Origin: the human T2T-CHM13v2.0 reference genome, Homo sapiens
Assembly: GCF_009914755.1 (NCBI RefSeq)
Contig: NC_060930.1
Reading direction: 5' to 3' (one strand)
Length of the DNA stretch: 64,000 nt
Below, in pieces: positions 1 to 10,610 of the stretch. Below the pieces are notes generated by a model that saw only the letters and a program-made list of their open reading frames with translations, was not told the origin of the DNA and did no database searches. Within the stretch, counting starts at the first letter, position 1. Each line of letters starts with the position of its first letter. The position numbers were made by a program, and so were the translations under genes.

Positions 1-1499
1 GGTGCCTGTGGGGCTTTTGCCAAGGGCCTCCTAAGCAGCAGGAGGCATGTGGCAGAGTCCTGATGCTCAGTGCTGTCAGAATGTCACTGTGTGAGCCGAG
101 CAGGAGCCCACTAGGCAGAAGAAGGGGAAGAGTCGAGGTCACTGCAGGAGTGACTGGACAGGCAAGGCTGAGAGAACACTAGTGGGGAATAAGTGGAGGC
201 CAACACAGCACTTTAGAGTTTGAAATATGGGGTAGTTCATGAGCTACCAGAGGGAAAAGAAGACAAGGAGCCTCTCCAACTTGACAACTAGAGCTCCTGT
301 CCATAGGTAGTTATTTAATTAAATTGATCTCTAGATTTCTTTATACCTTATATCAATTCTTTAAAAAAGAAAAACTTTCTTAGTCACCCAGTGTGGTATG
401 TGGAGAATGCTTTTGCTTTAAAGATTTTCTTTCTTTTGATGGTTTCTTTCTCCATGTGGATAACGTGGCTTTCTAATGATGACAACACCATTAAACAAAC
501 CTTTCCATGTCAGAGATACTGTATCTTCCTTGACATTGCTGTCTCCCCATCTCCCTTTCTCTAGTCTGTTCTCCCTTTCTCCTGTCCCCTTTCAGACTAC
601 ACATGATGAAGAGATGTGGCTTTGGAAGTCATAAAGGGTTAGGGCTGGCAATGCCCAGTCAAGAGCTGCAATGCAGCTTTTCCCCCAGGGGGAGAAATGA
701 ATCCCAGTTCCCCCATAGCATCTGGATTCTCAAGCTTTCACAAATGCTACCTCAGCATGGGCCGGAAACAATACAGAGTATCTCTATTTGGTCTAAACAT
801 AAAATAACTTCAAATAAATTCATTGTGATAAAATTAAAATATGGAACCCAAGAGTGTTCTAAAATGCTACCTGGAGCTTTTCTGTGGAAATTCTATGACA
901 TGTTGTGCTGTGAGCTTTAGTAATATTAGAAAAACAGTGGGTCCTTGCAAGTGGCTGCTTTTCTATCTCTGAAAAGGCTATGGCATGGAAGAGGTGAAAT
1001 TTAGGTGTGCAATTTGGAAAGAAGAGTTTTAGAGAAGTAGATGGATTTGGAGATATACACAAATCCCACAGAGATCTATTATTTATGGGCCATCTGCCTG
1101 TATCTGAGAGTGGGTGCCCACTGGGAAGACCAGAACCTCAACCGGGCAACAAAAGTCTCACTGTACCCAGTGGCAAGAGGCTGAAGATCAGCCCTGAGGG
1201 CACAGACCTCTGATGGGGTCATCTCGCACCTCCCAGAGGCTGCCTAAGTAAGGGGGCCAGCAAGGCACATACTGGGATCACAGTGTTGTTGGAAATGGCT
1301 TTGCAGCCACACTGAAAGAACTGTGGGAGGAGAGGAGAGGAAAGTGGTATTTGAATCAGGTTATTTCCCCACTTCTTTTGGTCTTTATTGTCAACTTTTC
1401 ATAGAGTAGCAGATAGGTCACCATACTAAAGCTTACCCACAATGAATCTGACTTTTACCTTTTCTTGAAAATTATAACACCAACTCCTTTTTCAATACT

Positions 1500-1679
1500 A
1501 TGTCTACTTTTCTCACTGTTTTTTTAAAACTGCTATGCAGACTCTCATACCAAAAATGCTTAGTGATGTTAGACTATTCTGAGATTAACCTTCCTGAAAT
1601 CTGGATCAACCTTGGTTTTCCTCCCTTCACTCTCATGCCCTCACAGCTTTCAAGGTAAAGTTTAAACCGTTTAGGATGG
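1500..1679 (+). mobile_element. L2 fragment (left part of the insertion target)
   Basis: L2 3'-region-like sequence that appears to continue at 8815-8845 and 9210-9400. Confidence 0.5.
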
Positions 1680-2019
1680 TATCAAGTTCTAACTGAGGTC
1701 CAACGGGAGTCAGTGGGCGAGTGGCAGGTAGCTGGGAAAAACACTCGAGGAATCGTAGGCAGTTTTGACATAGCTTTACTATCTTCTTGGGCATGAGTGA
1801 GCTGTATGTACAGTGTTAGCAGGGTAATTTTACTTTTTACAGACAATAGTGGCTCTGAGCCAAGTACCAGCTCATGTGGGTGATCATCTAATGCACCTCA
1901 CATGGCATGGTTATGTAATGTGTGAGGTTGTGCACCTCTGCTCCAAACCCACTGAGTCATGCTGGACCAGATGTCTGCCTTAGCCTATTCTCGATCACAG
2001 CACATCCATTTTCCTTACA
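1680..2019 (-). mobile_element. 3' LTR (LTR18A-like)
   Basis: Minus strand begins TGTAAGGAAAATGG at 2019 and aligns with 8476-8814 over its whole length. Preceded by a purine tract (AGTGGGTGGAG, 2020-2030). AGTAAA poly(A)-signal variant on minus near 1776. Confidence 0.9.
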
Positions 2020-2029
2020 CTCCACCCAC

Positions 2030-3698
2030 TAGGCTGAGGGCATCCTCTGGGCAGGGACACATGCTCATAGGGAAGAGCCCTGAATACATAACCCAAAACA
2101 ACAATACAGCGAGCAACAGCTCACTAGGATCCCAGCTATGCTACTTATGACCATTAGGGCCCAGTGTAGGCCACAGCCTAGGGATGCCCACCATCTCTGC
2201 AAGGGGTCATAAGTAAGGCTTGCAACAGCCTTAATCTCCCATGAGACCCCTTGCAGGGCTGCTGTTATGTTCTGCTGATTGTCAGGGATAAAGGTACAAC
2301 ACTGTGTTCCTAAAAGGGCACAGGCGTCTCGTTTGGCAGCGGTTATCACGTCTAAGGCCATTCAGTTTTGCAACACCACCTTTCTGATCTGATCAGCCTC
2401 ATTTGTTAACAGGATGAGGGCCACTTGGGTGTTAATTCAGAGCCTGAGTGTTGTGCTCTGCAAGAGCAGTAACTGGTGCTTCTAGTTATGACGCCCGCCC
2501 CAGGGATGGTCATTTCCAAAGGATGGAACCACCAGGGGGCTCGTCACACTTGCAAAAACTGAAAGCATAGCACCTCCCAGTTACAGAGGCATCTATGCAA
2601 TGTGGGGAGAACAATGGCAGGTATATAAGGCCACCCCCATGTACAATGTCCAGTCCAGTTCACTGGTAGGTAAGGCCACCCTATGTCCCCACAGACCCAT
2701 AAACTCCTGGGGGCACAAAGTCCATTGGGGCCTGACCTTCGTGGGGCTACCTGTTCCACCAGTGACACGTGTTATGTTCGTACAGGCCGTGACAGGTACC
2801 CATCCTATAGTGGTGTTACCCCAATGTTGCTCTATGCATCATGGCACCTGGGCCAGGGGTACTACATGTTACCCCACTAGTCAGCCTGTATTAGTCAGGG
2901 TTCTCTTAGAGAACATACATATATATAGGATATATAATGGGAGTTTATTAAGTATTAACTTACATGATCACAAGGTCCCACAATAGGCTGTCTGCAACCT
3001 TGAGGAGCAAGGAGAGCCAGTCCAAGTCCCAAAACTGAAGAACTTGGAGTCAAGTGTTCAAGGCCAGGAAGCATTCAGCACGGGAAGCATTCAGCACGGG
3101 AGAAAGATGTAGGCTGGGAGACTAGTCCTGTCTCTCCTTTTCATGTTTTTCTGTCTGCTTTATATTCACTGGAAGCTGAATAGATTGTGCCCACAGATTA
3201 AGGGTGGATCTGCCTTCCCCAGACCACCGACTCAAATGTTAACCTCCTTTAGCAACACCCACACAGACACACCCAGGATTAGTACTTTGTATCCCTCAAT
3301 CCAATCAAGTTCATACTCAATATTAACCATCCACACAGCTCCATTCATCATAAACGCCACGGGCCAGCCAAGCGGTGAGTGTGCTGTGGGACTTGTGGGG
3401 TCCTTTGTCCAAAGTTTGCTGGGTTGTGTTCCAAGGATCCACCATGGGTCACCAGGTATCTGGTTATGTCCAGTTCTCTGCAGATGCTGAATGTATGTGC
3501 CAAGACAAGCCATTCGCTGCTGCTGCTGGAAGGGCGGTGCAGATCCAACAGTCGGAAACATTGGTCACTGCAGTGTAGGTGTGGGCCCAGTCCACAATGC
3601 AGTTGGAGCATGTTAACCTACGGTCGAAATGACAGAACAGGCACAGGTACTAACAGGAAAATCATGTCCCTCAGGCAAAATACAGGCTAACCTTTCAT
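2030..3698 (-). pseudogene. env: Gamma-type env, disrupted and interrupted by an MLT2A LTR
   Basis: Hydrophobic leader after ATG 3698. SU CWIC motif at 3539-3550. Decayed furin site CAA GTG TGA CGA (2541-2552; RVRR before CpG decay). ISD LQN*MALD, CX6CC (CALLGTQCC) and a transmembrane stretch in ORF 2065-2361. Confidence 0.88.
2887..3335 (-). mobile_element. MLT2A (HERV-L) solo LTR, MLT2A1-sized, nested in env
   Basis: Recalled MLT2A consensus (GATGGTTAATATTGAG...TTGATTGGATTGA...CTAATACA on minus), 449 bp. 5-bp TSD CAGCC/CAGCT. Confidence 0.88.
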
Positions 3699-3699
3699 C

Positions 3700-6650
3700 C
3701 CTGGATACAATGCAGTTGCCAAGGGCTTTTGCCCTGGGCGATGATACCACACCTTCTCAACTCCCCATGGTTCCTTTGAGTCCTGTATCCATGCCAAAGT
3801 CACAGGGGAGCTCATAGTAGGCCACACAGACAGTACATATGTCCCCCAGAGAAGGGTTCCTTCATAGCCATTCCCCTATGAACAGCCAACTGCAGGAGCC
3901 GTGTATTGAACACCCAAGGAGTGACATGCAAGTCACTGTAGGTCCTCTGCCCAGGGAGCTACAATGGCCATCCACTGGCAGTGGGGGGCTTGGAAGGCCC
4001 ATGGCCACAGGTTTTCTGTTCCCCTGCCTTCAGAGGCATTGGAGCAGGCAAAAACAGGTTACTTTTCGTCCCCATACCTGGTCGGAGGAGATCATCTTTG
4101 GTATGTATCTGCAACTGAACGGGGGCAGCAGCCCAATGTAACAAAGCCTCCATGGGGCCGGGCCACCCTTCTGTGGCCGTTCATTCAAGGTTTAGAGCAC
4201 CAGTTCCAGCCTGGAGCCCCAGCCCCACAAAGATGGCGGTGTGACATGCAAGTGTAACCCATTCTTCAAGAGCCCATTATATCACTCAATCATACCCGCA
4301 GCTTGCAGATTGTATGGCACATGGAATCCCCACTTTATATTCATTTTTTGTGCCCATCGTTGTACCTGTTATCCAGTGAAATGTGTTCTATCACTTCAGT
4401 AGCCAGAGGGCGACCATAGAGGGCACATACACATTTCAGGGCCCAGATGGTATTCTGTTGGTCAGCCATACTGCAAGGCTAGGTGAACAACAGGCCTGTG
4501 GCCGTGCCCACAGCTGTTAGCACATGTGTATACTTTTGCAATGTCGGTAGTGACCCAATGTAGTCTATTTGCCACCTGGCCAAGAGCACTTGTCCTATCA
4601 TTACTTGTGTAACACTGGGCAGCTGCCTCTGTTTAGGGTATGCCTGAGCACATGCCAGACATTTCTGACAAGCCTCCCAAATGACTCGCGTGGGCAGGGA
4701 CAGATCCCAATGCTTATTGAACTGTTGTATCAGTTTACCCCCCGCATGTCCCAGTTTCCAGTGTAGCCACATGGGCACATCTCGTGTAGGTGCCAACTCT
4801 AATCATCAAACCTTGGCCAAGGCATCTGCCTCATCATTGCCAGCGGTGGCCAAAGGCTTACAGTCTGACACATGATAAATAGTTACCTCTTTCTGATGAC
4901 CCATTTCCCAGAGGTCTTGCCACATGGCTTGGCTCCAAATGGGTCAGTGGCCAACTAGCCACTTCTGTATTTTCCAGGTAGTTAACCACAAGGTTAAGCC
5001 TTGCTAGACCACCCTGCTATTGGTACAGGTTACCACAGGTGTCACCTCGTTGGTGATCACCATTCATACTACTCTAAGTTCAGCTCATCGGCTACTTTGT
5101 CCATACCCAGTTTCAAACCATGTGGTGTCAGTACTAGGTTGGACTGTAACAGCAGTCCAGGCAGCAGTAGCATCTCAGCTGGACCCATCTGTGTACCATG
5201 CCCCATCAGGAAGAGGGGTATGCCCTTCCTTAAATGGTGAAAGCTAAGGTTCTAGGGGTGTCTCAGGCCCCATGGCCTTATCTTGCACTAGGACTACAGG
5301 TCCCAAGACCTCTTGCAACTCTGTTGCTAAAGGACTTGTACTCAGCATGCTTTGCTACTCCAAGTAGGTGTCCCACTTTGCGAAAGTGGATGTCTTTGCT
5401 GTCCCAGTCTGGGATGAGTGAATGTACCCATCCTGCCATTGGGTAAGTCATCTGCATGATGACTGCAGCCCATCCTGTCACACTGTCACAAGCCTGAAGG
5501 GTGGCATATACAGCTGCTAGCTGTTTCTCTGTCAAGGAATACCACAGCTCAGCTCCTTTCCATAGTTGGGACCAAAAGCCTACCGGCATTCTTAAGCACT
5601 CCATACACTGCCACAGGCCCCAGCCGAAACCATCTGTAGTCACATGCACATCCTGCTCAAACGGACACCCCTGATCAACTACCCATAGGGCTTGTGCCTG
5701 CTGAATAGCCTGCTTCGCTGCCAGGAAGGTGTTCTCAGCTGCATTATCCCAATCCTGGGTGGCTCCTTCTTTGTTAACCAATGCAACAGTTTTATCATTT
5801 GAGCTAAATGGGGGACAAATGCCCACAAATATCCTAGGAGGCCCATAAAAATTTGCAGGTGCTTCACCATGGTGTGCTGGGGGTATGCCCGAATCTTATC
5901 AATGACAGCCTCTGGGATGACCTTTGTCTTACCTGATCAGGTAACTCCCAAGAATTTGGCAGATAATCCAGGTCCTTGGACCTTGGATTCATTGACAGCC
6001 CAATCACATGCTGCCAAACGTTGGTGCAAGAGGGGTCCAGCCACTTATAAATCTGCAAAAGAATTAGAGGTTAACATAATATCATCAATATAATGGAATA
6101 GGCGGACCTCTTCTGGACATTGTCAGGTGGCTAAATCCATGGCAACTAGACCATGATATATGGTGGGTCTGTGCACATAGCCCTGTGGCAATACTGTAAA
6201 AGTCCATTGTCCTCCTATGTAAAGGCAAACTGTTCCTGGCTCTCTGGAGTGATGTCTACGGAGAAAAATGCATTGCCAAGTCCATTACATAGTTGTACTG
6301 TCCCAGTTCTGTCATCAAACAGTCCATCAAATCCATGATTGATGGTATAGCTGCATGCAAAGGCAAAGGTGGTGTTACTTTATTCCATTCCTGATAGTCC
6401 ACCATCATCTGCCAAGTTCCATCAGGCCTTTTAACTGGCCACACTGGAGAATTGTAGGGGGTGTGGGTGTCGCGCATTATCTGCACTTCCTCCAGTGTTT
6501 TAATTGTCTCAGTTATTTCTGTATGCCCACCCAGCAAATGGTATTGATGGGTGGAAGTAACCCACAGGGGTGGTGGCAGGACCTGAGGCTGGTGATTCAT
6601 ATGTACACACAGCACCAGCTTCACCAAATGCACTCAGAGTCTGAATTCTC
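3700..6650 (-). pseudogene. pol: ERV pol (RT, RNase H, integrase), disrupted
   Basis: Motifs seen: YNSPVWPVKRPDGTWQMMVDY (ORF 6256-6633), HYIDDIML (~6071-6094), GFWSQLWKGAE (connection), AWYTDGS (5181-5201, RNase H), HWKLGH...CQKC (HHCC) and WQIDYIG (integrase core, ORF 4479-4796). Confidence 0.92.
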
Positions 6651-6659
6651 TGGCTGTGG

Positions 6660-6960
6660 TTTGTAACACCAGGCCATGTAAAATGTCCACTCACAGACTG
6701 TATTCCGGTATGAGAGAGACATACACTATATATAAATGGGGAGCCAAATGGCAATGGCCAAGATGCAGAGATATAGGTTTCACTTTCACTGGCCAGCCTC
6801 CATAACTGTCAATGTAAGCAGGTTTGCCTGGAAACTTATCTGGGTTCCCATAAACAAGGCTGCAAGCTGCACTAGTATCCACCAGCACCAGCATCCACTG
6901 TACATTGGTGGGGTACCAATGGATCACTAATTCCACATGTGGCCTCTAGTTGTCCAGTGT
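6660..6960 (-). pseudogene. pro: ERV aspartic protease
   Basis: ORF 6691-6936 contains LVDTSAACSL (variant of the DTGA active site), preceded by RPHVELVIHW. Confidence 0.8.
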
Positions 6961-6989
6961 CCCGCAAGCTGGGCACCTCAGCCAGTTCC

Positions 6990-8450
6990 TTAATCAAACA
7001 GAAAAGGCTCTACATTTCCAGCTGGATGCAGCACATAGTCTTTGAGCTAAAGCACCCAGGTGGGACCCAGTTGCACAGCAATGTCATTCTCCCCCTTGGC
7101 TTTTTCTGGAATTGCTGCTCCGGAGACAATTGTCTCCACAAAGTTAAGAGTACTTTATTGGGCTGCTTTTTTATTTTTCTCTCATTCAACCCTGTCCAAA
7201 ATCAAATCTATCCACATCTGTGAGCATATCACTCATTGGGGCCCCCTTTTCTCCCATGGGGGGCCCCTGAGGGCAGGGCAGGGCATCTTCCCCTTCTTCA
7301 TGGCACAGACCCCTCAATCCCATCAATAGCCTTCTGCTTCCCCAAGAGCCGCCATAGCAGTGGTCACTTCATGTATGTGGTGCCCTACATATAGGGTGAA
7401 GGCCGCAGATAGGGAACCAAAGGCATGAGATCCCTCATGTGGGAGGTGAAATGTTCATCATCTGGCCCCCAGGTATTCAGGTAAAACATAGCCTGCTGCA
7501 TACCCATCTCCTGGATGACTTCCACCAAATTGGCATACGACTGCCATTTACTCTCAGTTTTGGGTATTTCACCAGCGTCATTCCACACAGTCCGTATGGC
7601 TGCCCATTGCCACTCAATCAGAGTGTGGTCATGTTGCTCTTGTGCCAACGGCCTGCTCACCTGCAACCACTGACAGAGGGATGAGTGAGTTATGATAGAG
7701 GCCAGCTTTTCCATCTCAGAGGCAGAACAGGAGATACTATCTGCTCCCTCATCCCACAAACGAAGCATCCGGGTGGGCAGAGGTTCTCCTGGAAGCTGGC
7801 TGCACTGCTTGCCTAATTCCCACAACTCAGTTGGGGTATAGGCAGTATATGAAGTATGTTGCGTTATGGTGGGGGGATCCCTAAGCCTGCCCTTCGAGCC
7901 CCAGTGGCTGTTCATGATCTACCTTCTGACAGACCACTGGGCAAGCCTGCAACAGAGGTTCTTCCTCCTCGGCATCAGACCCAGTGGGGGTCTCTGGCCA
8001 AGATGACGGACCCAGGCCTGCATTTACAGCAGCCTCTAATTCCTTTTCCAAGCTGTGTAGCCAGGCCTTCAGGCATCCCACCTGTGCCTGGAGGTCCCCA
8101 TTCACAGCAGCTTCTAACTCTTTTTCTGAGCTGTGTAGCCAGGCCTCCAGGCACCCTGCCTGTGCCTGGAGGGCCCTTACTGCACTGCATCCCTCAGGTA
8201 CTGGGTGTGTGCTTCTCATAGTGCAATCAAAAATGCCCATCCAACTCTGCAGGCAAAGGCTCACTCCTTCTCAGTGCTCTGTGCTTCCAGCTGCTTCAAC
8301 ACCTTCTCCATGCTCGCGGGGGACCCATCTACCACTGCCCAGGTTTCCAGTGGAGCCCATCCGACCAGCACAGCTGACACTGGGTACCACAACCTGTGTT
8401 GCCACCACATGGCCAACCGGGAATCAGTGTGGACCAAAGGTGCACTCCCC
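6990..8450 (-). pseudogene. gag: ERV gag (ERVL-type, no CCHC knuckle seen), disrupted
   Basis: ORF 7385-7915 YTPTELWELGKQCSQLPGEPLPTRMLRLWDEGADSI resembles the ERV-L capsid region. Located directly after the PBS. Contains stops and frameshifts. Confidence 0.8.
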
Positions 8451-8455
8451 TCAGG

Positions 8456-8473
8456 ATTCTATTCACAATGCCA
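8456..8473 (-). promoter_or_regulatory. Primer binding site, degenerate, tRNA-Ser-like
   Basis: Minus strand reads TGGCATTGTGAATAGAAT 2 nt after the 5' LTR. It matches 13/18 to the recalled tRNA-Ser(CGA) complement TGGCGCTGTGAGCAGGAT, and all five mismatches are transitions. Confidence 0.65.
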
Positions 8474-8475
8474 AT

Positions 8476-8814
8476 TATCAGGTTATAACCAAAGACCAAG
8501 GGGAGTCAGTGGGCAAGTGGCGGGTAGCTAGAAAAACACTCAAGGAATCGTAGGCAGCTTCAATATGGCTTTACTCTCTCTCTGGGTGTGAGCAAGCTGC
8601 ATGTACAGCGTTAGCAGGGTAATTATAACTTTTACAGACAATAGTGGCTCTGAGCCAAGCATGAGCTCACATGGGTGATCAACCAATGCACCTCATGTGG
8701 CATGGTTACATAATATGTGGGTTTGTGCACTTGCGCTCCAAACCCACTGAGTCATGAGGCTCCAGAAGGCCGCCTCGGCCTACTCGTGACTAAAGCTCAG
8801 CCATTTCCCTTACA
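8476..8814 (-). mobile_element. 5' LTR (LTR18A-like)
   Basis: Minus strand begins TGTAAGGGAAATGGCTG at 8814. Roughly 80% identical to the 3' LTR by eye, mostly CpG-type transitions. Followed by the PBS after 2 nt. Confidence 0.9.
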
Positions 8815-8845
8815 GACCATACATAGGCTCTTGGTGGTATGCACC

Positions 8846-9204
8846 TTTTATGATTTGGCTGTGTCCCCACCCAAATCTCATCTTGAATTCTCACATGTTG
8901 TAGGAGGGACCCAGTGGGAGGTAACTGAATCATGGGGGCAGGTCTTTCCCCATGCTGTTCTCGTGGTAATGAATAAGTCTCACAAGATCTGACAGTATTA
9001 TAATTGGGAGTTTCCCTGCACAAGCTCTCTCTCTCTTTGCCTGCTGCCATCCACATAAGATGTGACTTGCTCCTCCTTGCCTTCCACCTTGATTGTGAGG
9101 CCTCCCCAGCCATGTGAAACTGTAAGTCCAATAAACCTCTTTCTTTTGTAAATTGCCCAGTCTCGCATATGTCTTTATCAGCAGTGTGAAAACAGACTAA
9201 TACA
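8846..9204 (+). mobile_element. THE1B-like MaLR solo LTR
   Basis: TTTGGCTGTGTCCCCACCCAAATCTCATCTTGAATT...GACTAATACA. Perfect 5-bp TSD GCACC (8841-8845 / 9205-9209). Confidence 0.92.
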
Positions 9205-9209
9205 GCACC

Positions 9210-10215
9210 CAACTTTACTGTCCAGCCACTTCACCTCACAGTACCCCTAATAAATCCATTTCCCAACAGTTAGCTCCCACAAGTCATTTCTTCCACATCT
9301 CAGTGTCTTTGCCTGTGTTGTTCACTCTATCTAGATGGCTCTTCCCAAACACTTCTGCCTGAAGAACCTGTCAATTTTCCAGTTCCATCCAAGCCTAACT
9401 TCTCTGTGTGGCCTACAATGAGCCATGTCCCATGCAAGGCACAGGAGCCTCAAAAACAAAGACTCAGTGCCTGCCTTCAAGAAGCTCACAGCCTGGCAGG
9501 GCACACAGAAATGCATGCAGATAATTATGATACCATGTGATATGTTGGATTTTATTTTAATACTATTTATAAAAGTATGGAGTAAGACAAAATTTAAATT
9601 GATTTCTGTCATGGCAATGGCTGGGGAAGAATTCAAGGAAAGCTAAGAAGAGAGGGTGACACTTCAAGTGAACCTTCAAGTATGAGTAAAATTTTTCTCT
9701 GTGGAAGAAAACATTATGGGTGGTGCAGTTATGATTGGAGGGTGAGAAAACATTCTGCGAAACATGAAAATGAAACATGAAGTTGTGTAGACTATTTGGG
9801 AACCATAAGGAGTAGACTTTGGCTGCCTGTAGACTGTGGGTGAGAAGAGCACTGTAGTAGAACAGTGGAAAATAGTGAACAAATAGATATAGCATAACAA
9901 TGTCTGGTAGTGATAAGTTTGGAGGAAAAAAAACAAGCAAGAAAGAGCATGGAGAGTGATTGGTGCTCTTTTAGATGGGATGGCCAGAGAAATTCTCTGA
10001 GAAGTGGATATTGGAGCGAAGGCCTGAATTATGTATAGGAGTTGTAGGAAGGATGGGCTTTCCAGGCAGAGGGCACAGCAAGAGCAAAGGCCGTAAGGCT
10101 GGAGTGTGCTTGGCATGTGAGAGCTTTTTCAATGAGGCCAGGGTGGCTGCAGCTGAGTGAGCAAGGAGATGCATGAGCGGAATGAGGTCCAAGAGATCCT
10201 TGCAAAGCTCATTAT
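9210..10215. mobile_element. L2 fragments (9210-9400 +; ~9420-10215 -)
   Basis: Typical L2 3'-region phrases (TTCCAGGCAGAGGGCACAGC, GAGGCCAGGGTGGCTGCAGC). Confidence 0.7.
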
Positions 10216-10429
10216 CAAGTCCACCTGACACTCTAGCCTAGTCAGAATATATTTCCACCTTTCCTGGCAAATCCCACATACGTATCCCCTTAAGCAAGTC
10301 TAGACCAATTTTAGGCAAGAAAAAAATGTATTCACAACATTAACTCTTCCCCTCACACTCACAATCCTGAAGATATGAGGTGAGAGTATTTGAAAGAGTA
10401 CACTAAGAGAAATGGCTAGGAATAACCCT

Positions 10430-10610
10430 ATCAGGGGCTGTTAACCCAGAGTCTATTGAGCGTGCTTTATCAGAACCTGGGACTCCCATAGTTGTACACA
10501 AAATCATATTTACAGTTGTATGTTTGAAATTTTTTCTGGGGTGAGAGAACTCAAACTTTATCAAATTTTTAAGGTAGTCTATGATATTCCCAAAATTAAG
10601 AACCCCCAAA
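10430..10610. mobile_element. Old hAT-Charlie-type DNA transposon fragment
   Basis: Recalled motif TTTTTCTGGGG...TTTATCAAATTTT...TTAAGAACC. Confidence 0.45.

Larger units (their letters stand above)
1680..8814 (-). mobile_element. Near full-length endogenous retrovirus, class III, HERV-S/HERVL18-like (LTR-gag-pro-pol-env-LTR), defective
   Basis: Seen: two homologous ~340-bp terminal repeats, a PBS, a PPT, and gag, protease, RT (YIDD), RNase H, integrase and env motifs in order on the minus strand, with many stops and frameshifts. About 6.7 kb without the nested MLT2A. The family call rests on the Ser-type PBS, an ERVL-like pol combined with env, and the recalled LTR18 start TGTAAGGAAAATGG. 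Confidence 0.9.

Noticed and set aside
1-1330. Possible old LTR or exon sequence at the window start
   Set aside because: I could not assign any family, terminal motif or credible reading frame.
2065-2361. env TM ORF as a co-opted syncytin-like gene
   Set aside because: Only 98 aa. There are stops in the ISD and furin site, frameshifts upstream, and an LTR inserted in SU.
7856-8553. Antisense ORFs (121-189 aa) over gag as an HBZ-like antisense gene
   Set aside because: GC-rich sequence and the tandem duplication explain the lack of stops, and there is no recognisable domain.
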